DNA of 64,000 bases from Nostoc sp. DedSLP01. GTDB taxonomy: Bacteria; Cyanobacteriota; Cyanobacteriia; Cyanobacteriales; Nostocaceae. Of the stretch, positions 1 to 11,066 are shown one piece after another. A program made the translations under genes and the position numbers. Location of the stretch: NCBI GenBank assembly GCA_034530875.2, contig JAVRCJ020000032.1, positions 20,778 through 84,777 on the forward strand, read 5' to 3'. The notes beneath the pieces were generated by a model that was not told the origin of the DNA, did not search any database, and saw only the letters and a program-made list of their open reading frames with translations. How positions within the stretch are numbered: the stretch's first letter is position 1; the number at the start of each line of letters is the position of its first letter.

Positions 1-2360
1 GTATAATCTGCTAACTTTTTTCCAAACACTGCATCAGATGATACTGTTCTAAAGAAAACATCATTTTTTAATTCTATACTGGTACTTGTGGGAGAAATAA
101 TTGGTAATTTAGCTTGTGTATATTCTTCTAATGCTTTTTTTGTTGACCTACTAGAGTAGTGTCCAATTATGCCGAGTATTTCTGTTTTTTCTGCTAGTTG
201 TTTAGCTATTTTTTTAGCTTCTTCTGGATTGTCTGCATCATTGGCAATAACAATTTCTAGCAACCTACCTTGATATCCACCATCATCATTAAACTGTTTT
301 TGTGCTTGTGCTACACCTCGCAAGATTTCTTGAGCGATTGATTGTGCATTATTCACAGGTACAACGACCGCTAAGATAAAAGAGTTACCATCTTTACGAG
401 CAAGAGCATTATTTTGATAAATTAGTACTTCTGGATCGTTAATATTAGCTTCTCTAGCATTTTTAAAGTATTCGCTAGCTGTAGCATATTCTTTATTTTT
501 ATATGCTTCAACACCTTTTTGACGAGACATACGATAATTATTAGAAGCAGAACTAATATCAGAAAAGAGAATACTTTCTCCGCTACTAATATTTTTATTA
601 AAATTATTATTAGCAATCGGGAGGCAGTAAAGACCAAATTGCATTTTTTCTTCTGCTTCATGGCAAGAAGTTAACCAACGATTTCCTACTAGTCCGCCTA
701 TTCCTAAAATAGTAACAATTCCTGCTGTCACTAGAGATAAATTTCTCCAAGGAAGTTTTTGTTTTTCTCGCTCGTTATTTTTTAGATTAGTACCATTATT
801 GGAATTCTCTGATATTTGTGAATAATTTGCAGGAAATTGACGAGCGTCAATTTGTTTTATTTTTTCTTGTGCAGATATGTTCTCTTCGTCGTAATCTAAA
901 ATTAATTGAAACTGTGCTTTAGCTTGAGATATTTTTTGTTGCAATATTAAATCATTACCATAATCTTCGATTGCATCAATAAATCTTTGTTTATTTGCTT
1001 CTGGATCAAATTTATAAGCACGTTCGTAAAGTTCTATAGCTTTATCAAAATTTTTATTTTTTAAATTACCTTGAGCAAGTTTAAGTAGAGAAGGATAGTG
1101 ATTAGGATTAATCTTGAAAACCTCTTGATATTCAAGTAATGCATCATTATTTTGACCATTTTCAGTAAATTTAATCGCTTTTTCTAAATGAGGTTGAATT
1201 TCCTCTAATTTTAGGTGTTCTAATTCTTTAATTTCTTGTTTGATTGGATGTTTCTTTGTTATCCACAGTCTAACTAGTTCAACTTTAACTTGCCCATTTT
1301 TATCTAACGACTTATTTTGAATTAATTCCTCAACTGCTTTTATTAGTTCCTCTGTCTGAATAACACCATGTTCTTTTAGAATCTCAATTGGCCCTTTGTT
1401 TGGCACAGAATCACGTGCTCTGTTTTGAGCCTCTGCCGCTGCGGAGAAGATAACTTGCTGTGAGGGAGATACCCCTTTCCAAAACCAGTCTAACCCACCT
1501 TCAGCAGATTCTATAGCTCTGTCTATAATCGCGGTTACATCATCACGAGTGACCTTCCTATTAGAATTTTCCCTAGCTTGTCGAAAAATTTCAGAGCAAA
1601 TAGCTTGGGTTAAAAATGGATGACCAGCACAAATTTTATAAATTTCATCTATTGCTTGTTTTTCATATATTAGTGATTTTTGCGCTGGTTTAGTAACCAG
1701 CTTTTCAGAACCTAGTGGATCTAATAAACCAATTTCTTGGTTAGGTGCACCATGATACAAACGAAGGATAATGTCTAATTCCCCCACATTTCGTCCAATT
1801 ACAGGAATTAAAAATAATCTTTCTTGATTATTAATTAAAGTTTTTAAATAACTAAAAAAAGCTGAGGTTTTCTTAAGAACACCATCATCTTTAGTCTTTT
1901 CTGCAACATCAAATTCATCTAACAATAAAATTACTTTTTTATTGCCCAATTGTTTATAAATTTCTGGCAAAAATTTATTTGAAAACCAATTTTCTTGGCT
2001 ATCACATTCTTGTTGCTCTGGCAAATAAACATCTTTTAATTCTAATTCTTCTACAATATATTGAGCCAGATCGTACAAGATACCATTCACAGATTTTGTC
2101 GATTTATTTTGTAAATCGAAGTTAATACAAACTAAATTATCGTCACTAATAAAGTGATCGAATAGTTTAAGTACAGACGATTTACCGATACGTCTCAGAC
2201 CATGCAATAAAATAATTTTGCTATTATTATCTAGATTGTTTTTAATAAAGTTGAATAGTTTTTCACGCCCAATCAAGTTTTCTGGATTATCTATTGGTAC
2301 ACCAACAATGTAAGGATTGTTTCCAAAATGGATATTTGATTGATTATCTACATTAGACAT
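1..2360 (-). CDS. STAND/AAA-like ATPase fused to TPR-like repeats, a TM helix and a type 1 periplasmic-binding (LivJ-like) domain; 3' end runs off the window
   Basis: Absent from the ORF track because it has no stop inside the window. Manual translation from ATG 2360 gives MSNVDNQSNIHFGNNPYIVG...LLHGLRRIGKSS (Walker A), ILLLDEFD (Walker B), AGHPFLTQ, a TM segment (LSLVTAGIVTILGIGG), then VVVPVNNAQSIAQEILRGVAQAQ...IIGHYSS...PIISPTSTS...FFRTVSSDA. The frame at both ends is consistent. Confidence 0.85.
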   Translation of the reverse strand, partial: MSNVDNQSNIHFGNNPYIVGVPIDNPENLIGREKLFNFIKNNLDNNSKIILLHGLRRIGKSSVLKLFDHFISDDNLVCINFDLQNKSTKSVNGILYDLAQYIVEELELKDVYLPEQQECDSQENWFSNKFLPEIYKQLGNKKVILLLDEFDVAEKTKDDGVLKKTSAFFSYLKTLINNQERLFLIPVIGRNVGELDIILRLYHGAPNQEIGLLDPLGSEKLVTKPAQKSLIYEKQAIDEIYKICAGHPFLTQAICSEIFRQARENSNRKVTRDDVTAIIDRAIESAEGGLDWFWKGVSPSQQVIFSAAAEAQNRARDSVPNKGPIEILKEHGVIQTEELIKAVEELIQNKSLDKNGQVKVELVRLWITKKHPIKQEIKELEHLKLEEIQPHLEKAIKFTENGQNNDALLEYQEVFKINPNHYPSLLKLAQGNLKNKNFDKAIELYERAYKFDPEANKQRFIDAIEDYGNDLILQQKISQAKAQFQLILDYDEENISAQEKIKQIDARQFPANYSQISENSNNGTNLKNNEREKQKLPWRNLSLVTAGIVTILGIGGLVGNRWLTSCHEAEEKMQFGLYCLPIANNNFNKNISSGESILFSDISSASNNYRMSRQKGVEAYKNKEYATASEYFKNAREANINDPEVLIYQNNALARKDGNSFILAVVVPVNNAQSIAQEILRGVAQAQKQFNDDGGYQGRLLEIVIANDADNPEEAKKIAKQLAEKTEILGIIGHYSSRSTKKALEEYTQAKLPIISPTSTSIELKNDVFFRTVSSDAVFGKKLADY

Positions 2361-2514
2361 AGTTTTCTCTTGATTGTAATTAGGCATAATTTTATATTCG
2401 TTGTAAAATTACTTGCTTCCTGCTACAAGATTACTTATCTCTTCCTTTGCGTCTTTTGCTGTTTCTTACAAAAATTATGTATTCTTTGAGCAGGAAGGAA
2501 GTAGACATTATTAG

Positions 2515-3801
2515 TTATGTATGAAAATTTCCCATTAAAGTAGAAATCAATTTTAGCGTAGAAGGTACTTTATCTTTGTGCATCCAAAACCAATTCATTG
2601 CGTTTGTAACTTTCTCAACTTGCTCTTTACTCATTAAATTGAGAAAAACTTTTTGGCGTTTTTTAACTGCATCATCATTTGTATTCCAAACTTCTTGAAC
2701 AACCCATTTTTCCATATTAGGAGAAGTAAATGAATATATTTTTTTACCATCTATTTCGTTTGTTTTAACTACACCTTGTTCTTCTAGATTGGTTAAATCT
2801 CGCTCTTGTTGAATAAATATCAATTTAATATCGCTTAAATCAAATTTAATTTTTTTGTGCAGATGGCCCTCAAGATTAAAAATAGCCAACAGCATTAACA
2901 ATGTCTGCTCATCTTCATTACATCGGTTCCAAATATTTTCAAAAATTTGTTTGCTTGTACTTTCAAATTCTCTAACAATTGCTTCTAGATTGGGTAAATC
3001 TCCAGTTCTTAAGTTTCTGTATATGATAGAGCCAATAATCTGTAATAAAGCTGGATGTTTACCAGTAATTGATGGAATTAAGCTTTTTAATTCCGCTTGA
3101 AGTTGCACATCAAAAGCTTTACTAATTAACTTATCAATTTCAGTATCAGTTAACGGTTTGAGCGACTGAAAAAGATAGTGATTATACCAAGGAGAAGCTT
3201 TAGTATTGAGCTTTGGCCCAAGTTCACTGAGGCGCTTGAGTGAACTGACAATCATTGAGAGATGTTTTCTTTCTTGAGAGTGAACAGCTAAATTACGGCA
3301 CTCGCTCAAGAATTCCTGCATGTCAGCTTCAGTGTAGTGAGCGTTAGAGATTAAAGCGGCGTCAAAGTTATCTACTAATAGCACTACAAATTTATGTTTT
3401 TTTCCTAATTTACGCAGTACCTGGCGTAGGCTTTCTTTTGTGGTTTGCCCTTTATTTAGAAAATTTTCAACTTCTATTTGCAAGCTGGGTTCGCTCTCCA
3501 ACTTATCCTTCAGATTGCTTAAAACTTCTTGCCAAAAGCCAGAGGGAGTAAAGGGAATGATGCTCTGGCAGTTGAGAAAAACAATCACGGCTTGAGACGA
3601 ATCTAATTGATGTTTTTCCCATACTTCCAGTGAAATTAGTTGTTCTAAGAAAGAAGACTTGCCCATACCGGGGCCACCCCAAATTGCCAAATGACTGCGG
3701 TTATAAATCTGGTCAAATGCAGCACCAATTTCCTTAGTTCGTCCTGTAAAACTTTCTGGAGATGCTGGGACTCCTGGGAAGAATGGATTTCGTTTGTTCA
3801 T
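2515..3801 (-). CDS. STAND/AAA-like P-loop ATPase with winged-helix-type C-terminus
   Basis: NPF..G N-terminal motif, FTGR, Walker A GGPGMGKS, Walker B variant LLVDNFD, GKHP motif. Confidence 0.8.
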   Translation of the reverse strand: MNKRNPFFPGVPASPESFTGRTKEIGAAFDQIYNRSHLAIWGGPGMGKSSFLEQLISLEVWEKHQLDSSQAVIVFLNCQSIIPFTPSGFWQEVLSNLKDKLESEPSLQIEVENFLNKGQTTKESLRQVLRKLGKKHKFVVLLVDNFDAALISNAHYTEADMQEFLSECRNLAVHSQERKHLSMIVSSLKRLSELGPKLNTKASPWYNHYLFQSLKPLTDTEIDKLISKAFDVQLQAELKSLIPSITGKHPALLQIIGSIIYRNLRTGDLPNLEAIVREFESTSKQIFENIWNRCNEDEQTLLMLLAIFNLEGHLHKKIKFDLSDIKLIFIQQERDLTNLEEQGVVKTNEIDGKKIYSFTSPNMEKWVVQEVWNTNDDAVKKRQKVFLNLMSKEQVEKVTNAMNWFWMHKDKVPSTLKLISTLMGNFHT

Positions 3802-4640
3802 AGTTTGTGTATATTTTGACAGTTATCTAACTCTTGATGCAAAGGTGTATCAGCTACTTTTAGTCATTACTTAGATTAATCAGGTTGATACAAAACACTC
3901 TGCTTTAGCTTAGGACTTCAGTAGGTGACTACACTCATGATTTAGACCATTCCAGAAACAAAATATTCTTTCTTGAAGGAAATATTGCGTATTATATATA
4001 TACTCAAATGCCGTGTTGTGAAACATCGATTTACTTTTAGTTTGAAGCGACACGCTTCACTCAAAGTCGATTACTTGGCGAAATTACATGTTAAGGAACT
4101 ACTAGATATATAAATATATTGTTGAAGGTGTATTAAAGGGCTGAGGGTTAACTTTATGTTGCAATTTTATTGTCAAAACTGGATTTGAACCCTAGTTAGA
4201 TCGAGTTATTGATGTCTTTCTCGGGACTGCTGTTTGAGCAATGTGAATTACGTTCTAAAGCTTTTTTTGTGGAGGATGTGCGTAGGTTCTAAGTAGGTCA
4301 ACTTAATTAAACATCAAACGCTCAATTTGATACTGACCTGACTTGGCTATGTACTAGGTACTGTGGCGAGGTTGGTTAAAATTACATGACTCTTGCGGGA
4401 CGTCGGTTTTACCTTAAGTTGACACCAATGACACCTGTTCGCTCCTACAATTGATGCGTTATAAAGATTGTTGGAATTAGTAGATGGAGAGATACTATAT
4501 ACCCATTATTTATATAATACAAAATTGTCACTAAATGTAGTATAATATTTTTAGCTTATTAAACTGCAAATTTGTGTAACTAACTCAGCGCCAAGTTACT
4601 TATCTCATGAGTTAAGATGGCTATATTTTGATCGAGTGAT

Positions 4641-5729
4641 ATGAAAAGAATAGAAATTGAACAAAGAACTATTTTAGTTGGTTTGGCAGGTAGCCACGGC
4701 TATGGCTTAAATCATCCGGATTCAGACTTTGATTATCGGGGAGTATTTATCGCGCCTAAAAGATATTATTTGGGATTCGATCGCATTGAACAAAAAGACA
4801 CTGGTTGGGATGAACCAGGGTTATTTTCGTTTTTAGATAATAACAAAGATACAGTTATATATGAATTAAAAAAAATTATCCAGCTATTATCGGGAGCTAA
4901 TCCCAATGTTTTAGAATTACTGTGGTTAAATAATTATCCTTTTTTAACTCCAGTAGGAGAACATTTAATTAAGCATAAACAGTTCTTTTTAAGTAAGAAA
5001 GTCAAGCACACTTACACTGGTTATGCCTTTGCTCAAATCAAAAAAATGGAAACTCATCGCAAGTGGTTGCTAAAGCCACCGCAAAAAAAGCCAGTACCAT
5101 CTGAGTTTGGTATAGAAAACGAAGCAGTCCTAACTAAAGATGAACTCAATGCTTTTTTAGAGTATCTTTATAACTTAATTAGAGGAAGAATCGAGTTTTT
5201 AGAAGAAGCCGAGCAATTATATCAATTATTGACAGCAGATATTGATTTTAAAGGAGTGTTAAAACAGTATACTTTACCCGATGAGACTTTAGAATATACC
5301 CAAAAATTAACTAATAGCCGCAAAGATTTTATCCGCTTGCTTCAGAAAAGTCAAAGCTATCAAACAGCTTTAAGAGAATGGAAAGCTTACTTATCTTGGC
5401 AGGAAAATAGAAATCCGGCTAGAGCAGAAATGGAAATGAAGTCAGGTTTTGACCTCAAACATGGGATGCACTGCATTAGATTGTTACGCAGTGGACTAGA
5501 AATATTGCGTCAAGGAGAAGTAATTGTAGATAGGAGAATAGCTGGTGATGCTGATGATTTAAAAGCTATTCTCAAAGGCGAGTATTCTTACGAGCAGGTG
5601 ATGAAAATGGCAGAAGATTTAGTTGCCGAAATGGAAAATGTTTACGAACAATCTGCCCTGCCTCACAAACCTGATTTAGAGCAAATTAATGAATTGTGTA
5701 TGGAATTAGTAGAAATGCAAAGTTGGTGA
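4641..5729 (+). CDS. Predicted nucleotidyltransferase (RlaP/YcgL-like, DNA pol beta superfamily)
   Basis: GSHGYGLNHPDSDFDYRGVF motif, ANPNVLELL, FDLKHGMHCIRLL. Confidence 0.85.
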   Translation: MKRIEIEQRTILVGLAGSHGYGLNHPDSDFDYRGVFIAPKRYYLGFDRIEQKDTGWDEPGLFSFLDNNKDTVIYELKKIIQLLSGANPNVLELLWLNNYPFLTPVGEHLIKHKQFFLSKKVKHTYTGYAFAQIKKMETHRKWLLKPPQKKPVPSEFGIENEAVLTKDELNAFLEYLYNLIRGRIEFLEEAEQLYQLLTADIDFKGVLKQYTLPDETLEYTQKLTNSRKDFIRLLQKSQSYQTALREWKAYLSWQENRNPARAEMEMKSGFDLKHGMHCIRLLRSGLEILRQGEVIVDRRIAGDADDLKAILKGEYSYEQVMKMAEDLVAEMENVYEQSALPHKPDLEQINELCMELVEMQSW

Positions 5730-5791
5730 AGATTAGTAATTTATGAATTGTTATTTATCATTTGCTAATGACTAATGACTAATAACTAATT

Positions 5792-6094
5792 TTAAAGAGC
5801 GTGAATTAAGTCAGCAAAACCATAAAGGCTAATAAAAAGTAAAATTAATGCTGTGGCTTGGGTAATTCGTGTTTGTGGTGAGGGGGCGATCGCTTCCCGC
5901 ACTAAGATAGAAATAGATGCCCCAACTACTAAGCTCAAGCCTAAGATTAAATAAGGTCTTTCCGGTAAAATAGTCGCTATTCCCAGCATAGCGATCGCTA
6001 AAAACAGCATCAATAATTCTACAAACCGCGGCGGGTTATATTGGCTAGATAAAATAAGCGTATTGAACCAAAAATACCAAAATCTCATAGTCAA
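5792..6094 (-). CDS. Small membrane protein of unknown function
   Basis: 100-aa ORF with three hydrophobic segments, directly downstream of chlI. Confidence 0.7.
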   Translation of the reverse strand: MTMRFWYFWFNTLILSSQYNPPRFVELLMLFLAIAMLGIATILPERPYLILGLSLVVGASISILVREAIAPSPQTRITQATALILLFISLYGFADLIHAL

Positions 6095-6119
6095 TATTGA
6101 ATACTGAATGCTAAGTGCA

Positions 6120-6212
6120 AAGTTAAAAGTTAGGAGTTACGAGTTCGGAGTTAGGAATTAAGAGTTAAAAGTTATTCTCCCATCTACCCATCTCCTCATC
6201 TCCCACTCCTAA
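6120..6212. repeat. Heptameric short tandem repeat (STRR-type) tract
   Basis: Degenerate (G)TTAGGAG/GTTAAAA units followed by complementary CCCATCT/CTCCTAAC units between chlI and the downstream gene. Confidence 0.65.
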
Positions 6213-6215
6213 CTA

Positions 6216-7340
6216 TTAACCTCTAACTCCTAACTTCTGACCCGTGCCATTTTTTTGTGCGGTATCGTCTTCTGGAAGTTCGATGCCAAAGACGCGGCTA
6301 AAAGCTTTGGAAACTTTGTAGCCAGAGTCAATAGATTCTAATGGGTCTTTACGCAGTCTATGACGCAAGCACAGCGTAATCACGCGGCGGATATCATCGG
6401 CTGTAACTTCAGTGCGTCCTTCATAAGCTGTTAAGGCTTTGGCGGCGCGATTGGTAACAATGTCACCCCGTAAACCATCTACATCCAGTTCGGAGCAAAC
6501 TTCAGAAATTTTCACCCGGAAATCGTAGTCAATTTTGACTTGTGGCAATAACTCCTGGGCATTAACGATTTGTTGTTGTAGCGAATTTTGCTGAGGCTTA
6601 TACTTTTCGAGAAATTCTGGTGGATTTTGGTCAAATTCCGATCGCTGTTCCACAATTTGGACTCGTAAGGCTGGTTCTTTGACCGTATGAATTTCTGCGT
6701 GCATTCCAAAGCGATCGAGTAATTGGGGACGCAGTTCGCCTTCTTCTGGGTTTCCCGAACCAACAAGCACAAAACGTGCTGGGTGACGAATTGAAATGCC
6801 TTCCCGTTCTACAGTGTTCCAACCACTAGCGGCGGAATCGAGTAGCACGTCTACAAGGTGGTCATCTAGTAAGTTGACTTCATCGACATAAAGAATGCCT
6901 CGGTTAGCCTTTGCCAAAAGTCCTGGTTCAAAAGCTTTGACACCTTCAGATAAAGCTTTCTCGATATCGATTGTGCCGCAAACTCGGTCTTCTGTGGCTC
7001 CTAGCGGCAGGTCTACCATTTGGACTTTTTTGTGAGTTACGGGAATTTCTGCCCCTTGTTCTACAAGTTGGCGAACTTCATCGCTCATCAAGTCAGGGTC
7101 GCTAGGATCGCTACTAAACGGGTCATTGGCAACCACGGAGATTTCTGGCAGCAGATCCGCCAGCGCACGGATAGTTGTAGATTTACCAGTGCCGCGATCG
7201 CCCATGATCATTACACCACCAATTTTGGGGTCAATCACGTTCAACAGCAGCGCCAGTTTCATTTCTTCCTGGCCGACAATTGCCGTAAAGGGAAACACCA
7301 CGCGGCGCGCACTTGCCGTGGATTGAGCAGTTGGACTCAC
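6216..7340 (-). CDS. chlI: Magnesium chelatase ATPase subunit I
   Basis: [43 protein letters not shown]. The start is probably the GTG at 7340 rather than 7355. Confidence 0.97.
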   Translation of the reverse strand: MSPTAQSTASARRVVFPFTAIVGQEEMKLALLLNVIDPKIGGVMIMGDRGTGKSTTIRALADLLPEISVVANDPFSSDPSDPDLMSDEVRQLVEQGAEIPVTHKKVQMVDLPLGATEDRVCGTIDIEKALSEGVKAFEPGLLAKANRGILYVDEVNLLDDHLVDVLLDSAASGWNTVEREGISIRHPARFVLVGSGNPEEGELRPQLLDRFGMHAEIHTVKEPALRVQIVEQRSEFDQNPPEFLEKYKPQQNSLQQQIVNAQELLPQVKIDYDFRVKISEVCSELDVDGLRGDIVTNRAAKALTAYEGRTEVTADDIRRVITLCLRHRLRKDPLESIDSGYKVSKAFSRVFGIELPEDDTAQKNGTGQKLGVRG

Positions 7341-7399
7341 TAAATTACCTAACAATATTTTTCTGATTACAGTTCCTTATTGTGACACAGGTGGGGACA

Positions 7400-7495
7400 T
7401 GAGGAGCAGGGGGCAGGGGAGATGGGGAGTGTGGGGAGTGTGGGGAGTGTGGGGGGAAAGATTTCTTCCCCATCTTCCCACACCTCCCTATGCCC
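7400..7495. repeat. Purine-rich tandem repeat with inverted complement (GGGGAGTGT units)
   Basis: (GGGGAGTGT)n followed by CTTCCCCATCTTCCCCACAC, a hairpin-forming Nostoc intergenic repeat. Confidence 0.65.
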
Positions 7496-7655
7496 AATAC
7501 CGAAGATACATTGGGCACTAATGAGTATTTATTACGTCTAAGGTTCTTAATGTGCGTAAGTTTGATTTAGTTTTTCTGGTGCAACAGTTCCATATACGGG
7601 GAACAAACAACTACCAATCGGTCAGTTTCTTAGTAAGTATAAATGCTTGTAATAT

Positions 7656-8948
7656 ATGGCTAATAGATTCAATTACAAAAGCAAGCAATGGCGTGTGTGG
7701 GTAGCTAATGCATCATTCAAACCTATGAAATCAACTTTTTTTGTTCGAGGTTGGCGGCAAAAACTAAAATATATTTTCCCGTTACTGGTTTTAATATCTT
7801 TTGTGACGGTATTGTTGGTAGACAGTTTTGCTCCTGCGTTCACTTTCGGTGGACGCTTCAGCGCCATTGCCCAGCTACCGCGCCAGGAAATTCGCGGGGT
7901 TTGGATGACCAACAATGATTTTGACACCCTCAAGAATCGTGCCAAGGTGCAGGAGGCGATGACTCATCTGCGGAGGCTAAATTTCAATACAATCTATCCT
8001 GTGGTTTGGAATTCTGGCTATGTGATGTATCCTAGCGCCACTGCACAACGTGCAGGTATTCAACCTTTTGTTTATAAAGGTTTAGATGGACATGATATTC
8101 TCGCCGATCTCATTAACCAAGCTCATCGCAAAGGACTGTTAGCAATTCCCTGGTTTGAGTTTGGATTTATGGCTCCTCCAACCTCGGAACTAACACTGAA
8201 TTATCCAAATTGGTTCACACAAAAGCGCGATGGTAGCCAAACTTCTAATAGTGCGGCTGGTGAGGTGATGTGGCTCAATCCCTTCCATCCACAAGTGCAA
8301 CAATTCATTACCAATCTCGTGTTAGAAGTTGTCACTCAATATGATGCTGATGGCATTCAGTTTGACGATCATACGAGTTTGCCTCGCGAATTTGGTTACG
8401 ATCCATATACAGTAGCCTTATACGCCAAAGAAACCAAGAAAAATCCCCCGGCTAATGCTGACGATCCGGAATGGGTAAAGTGGCGGGCAGATAAAATTAC
8501 CGCTTTTATGGTCAAACTTAACCAAGCTGTGAAGCAGAGAAAACCCCAGGCAATTTTCTCGGTTTCTCCTAATTACTATGACTTTGCTTACAAGTTTCAC
8601 CTGCAAGACTGGCTGAGTTGGATAAGGGAAGGTATTGTAGACGAGTTAATTGTGCAAATTTACCGTCCGAGTCTGGAAAGTTTTGTGGCTAATATTTCCC
8701 GCGCAGAAATTCAAGAAGCGCAACAAACAATTCCCACTGGGGTTGGAATTATGACAGGCTTACGAAATAACCCAGTTCCGATGCAACAAATTAAGTCTCA
8801 GGTGCGGGCTGCCCAAGAACGGGGTTTAGGTGTAACGTTCTTTTATTATGAAAGTCTCTGGAACTATGCTCCAGAACCCTTAAACGAACGCCAAGCAGCA
8901 TTTGAAAAGCTTTTTCCATCTCCCGCACTGCGTGCCAGAGTTGACTAG
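7656..8948 (+). CDS. Glycoside hydrolase-like family 10 protein (YddW/DigH-like); start uncertain
   Basis: EIRGVW, NFNTIYPVVWNSG, WFEFG, WLNPFHP, YDADGIQFDDH, QDW..W, preceded by an N-terminal hydrophobic segment. Confidence 0.9.
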   Translation: MANRFNYKSKQWRVWVANASFKPMKSTFFVRGWRQKLKYIFPLLVLISFVTVLLVDSFAPAFTFGGRFSAIAQLPRQEIRGVWMTNNDFDTLKNRAKVQEAMTHLRRLNFNTIYPVVWNSGYVMYPSATAQRAGIQPFVYKGLDGHDILADLINQAHRKGLLAIPWFEFGFMAPPTSELTLNYPNWFTQKRDGSQTSNSAAGEVMWLNPFHPQVQQFITNLVLEVVTQYDADGIQFDDHTSLPREFGYDPYTVALYAKETKKNPPANADDPEWVKWRADKITAFMVKLNQAVKQRKPQAIFSVSPNYYDFAYKFHLQDWLSWIREGIVDELIVQIYRPSLESFVANISRAEIQEAQQTIPTGVGIMTGLRNNPVPMQQIKSQVRAAQERGLGVTFFYYESLWNYAPEPLNERQAAFEKLFPSPALRARVD

Positions 8949-9012
8949 ACGCGATTCATCGCGTCTCTACAAATGGTTTATTGGTCGCATTGTTTTTTGG
9001 GATTGGTATTAC

Positions 9013-9630
9013 TTAATCAAAATCTGTGGGTAAATCTGGTTGGCGATAATGTTGGAAAAGTCGGGTGATTTGTGCTGGGGTCACCCGTCCAATAGAAAGT
9101 TCTGGTAATGCATCTTCAGGAAAAAAATCTACTGCTTCGGTTTCAATACTTGATGATGCAGAACCACCGATTAATTCACAGTGAAAAAATAACTTGTAGA
9201 CATAAAAAGGAAACGGTGGATGTCCCTGTTTGTCTCTGTCATAAACTGCTAGTAATTTGATAGCGCGTGTCTGGTATCCAGATTCTTCATATACTTCTTT
9301 GACGACTACTTCGCTGGGAGATTCGCCAACATCAGCCCATCCACCAGGTAAAGTCCAGCCGCCATCGGCTCTTTCTTTAACTAACAAAATAGTATCGTCT
9401 CTAAAAATTGCTCCCCGGACATCAACTTTAGGAGTTGCATATCCTACTTCACGGCTAAACAAATCAAGCAGATAACTATGTTCGACATTTGAGTAAGTCG
9501 CCATAATTTCTGTGGCGATCGCTCGCAATTGTTTGTAGCGTTCGATATCATAAACGCCTTCAGAATAAGTTAAACCATTTTGGGCGATCGCTTGCAGCTT
9601 TTGCGCCCATTCCAGCCATTTTGGTTGCAT
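9013..9630 (-). CDS. NUDIX hydrolase (YjhB-like, with N-terminal helical domain)
   Basis: Nudix box GGWADVGESPSEVVVKEVYEESGY and GYATPKVDVRG. Confidence 0.92.
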   Translation of the reverse strand: MQPKWLEWAQKLQAIAQNGLTYSEGVYDIERYKQLRAIATEIMATYSNVEHSYLLDLFSREVGYATPKVDVRGAIFRDDTILLVKERADGGWTLPGGWADVGESPSEVVVKEVYEESGYQTRAIKLLAVYDRDKQGHPPFPFYVYKLFFHCELIGGSASSSIETEAVDFFPEDALPELSIGRVTPAQITRLFQHYRQPDLPTDFD

Positions 9631-9639
9631 ATTTTAAAG

Positions 9640-9772
9640 ATTGGGCATTGGGCATTGGGCATGGGGGATTGGGAGTTAGGAGTTAGGAGTTGGGAGTTAG
9701 GAGTTAGGAGTTATTATTCTCCCTCATCTGTCTCATCTCCCCATCTCCCTATCTCCCCACTCCCCATTCCCT
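9640..9772. repeat. STRR heptamer tract
   Basis: (ATTGGGC)n, (GGAGTTA)n and complementary CCCCATCT units between pgk and the NUDIX gene. Confidence 0.8.
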
Positions 9773-9774
9773 AC

Positions 9775-10977
9775 TTACGCATCATCTAAAGCTGCGATAC
9801 CAGGTAATACCTTACCTTCTAGTAATTCCAAGCTAGCGCCGCCGCCGGTGGAGATGTGGCTCATTTGGTCGGCTAAACCGACTTTTTCCACAGCTGCCAC
9901 TGAGTCGCCGCCGCCGATAATCGTGGTGGTGCCAGTTTTACCGATTTCAGCGAGAGTGCGGGCAATCGCTTCTGTACCTACCGCAAACTTATCAAACTCA
10001 AACACACCCATTGGCCCGTTCCAAATTACTGTTTTGGTATCTTTGAGGGCTTCTTGGAAAACTTTTACTGAGTCTGGGCCAATATCCAAACCCATACCAT
10101 CAGCGGGGATATTGTCAATGCTGACAGTTGTTGCATTGGCATCAGGAGCAAATTTATCTGCCGATACGATATCTGTGGGTAATAGGAAGGTGACACCACG
10201 TTCCTTTGCCTTAGCTTCTAAAGACTTCGCCAGTTCTAGCTTGTCTTCTTCTACCAACGACTTACCGACATTCAAACCACGGGCTTTGTAGAAGGTAAAA
10301 ATCATCCCACCGCCAATGATTAGCTTGTCGCACTTCTCCAGCAGGGTTTCAATGACGCCAATTTTACTGGAAACCTTGGAACCACCTATAATTGCAGCCA
10401 GAGGACGCTGGGGATTTTCAATGGCATTTTGGAGATATTCCAATTCCTTCTCAACCAAATATCCAGCCACAGAAGGACTGAGGAATTTAGTCACGCCTTC
10501 AGTAGAAGCATGGGCGCGGTGTGCAGTACCAAAAGCATCATTTACATAAAAATCAGCATTGGCTGCCAATTTTTTGGCAAATTCTGGCTCGTTTTTCTCT
10601 TCTTCTTTGTAGAAGCGGACATTTTCCAGTAAAAGCACTTGCCCATTTTGCAACGCCGCCACCTTGGCTGCAACTTCATCACCAATGGAGTCATCAGTCT
10701 TGATAACTTCTTGCCCCAACAACTCAGAGAGGCGCTTAGCCACTGGTGTCAAGCGCAATTTGTCATCCACACCCTTGGGACGACCAAAATGGCTTACCAG
10801 AATTACCTTAGCTCCCTTCTGTGTCAAATCTTTAATAGTTGGCAAAGCGGCGCGAATGCGAGTGTCGTCTGTAATATTGCCTTGGTCATCCACAGGCACA
10901 TTAAAATCAACCCGCACCAAAGCGCGTTTTCCAGAGATATCAGCCGCAGATAAACTTGCTAAACTTTTTTTGGACAC
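9775..10977 (-). CDS. pgk: Phosphoglycerate kinase
   Basis: [56 protein letters not shown]. Confidence 0.99.
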   Translation of the reverse strand: MSKKSLASLSAADISGKRALVRVDFNVPVDDQGNITDDTRIRAALPTIKDLTQKGAKVILVSHFGRPKGVDDKLRLTPVAKRLSELLGQEVIKTDDSIGDEVAAKVAALQNGQVLLLENVRFYKEEEKNEPEFAKKLAANADFYVNDAFGTAHRAHASTEGVTKFLSPSVAGYLVEKELEYLQNAIENPQRPLAAIIGGSKVSSKIGVIETLLEKCDKLIIGGGMIFTFYKARGLNVGKSLVEEDKLELAKSLEAKAKERGVTFLLPTDIVSADKFAPDANATTVSIDNIPADGMGLDIGPDSVKVFQEALKDTKTVIWNGPMGVFEFDKFAVGTEAIARTLAEIGKTGTTTIIGGGDSVAAVEKVGLADQMSHISTGGGASLELLEGKVLPGIAALDDA

Positions 10978-11066
10978 AGCAAACTCTCCTGATTGCCTTT
11001 TTGTTATTGTTTTGAAAGTAGAACCATCCAGATTTTACCGGAGTCAGGGGTGCCCAGGTGATAGAG

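Noticed and set aside
422..661. 79-aa ORF from the track
   Set aside because: It lies in an alternative frame inside the long ATPase-PBP gene (1-2360) on the same strand.
9580..9789. ORF with GVRSWEL repeats (similarly 13267-13662, 13314-13502, 40476-40682)
   Set aside because: These are translations of STRR tracts or the antisense of Pro/Thr repeats.
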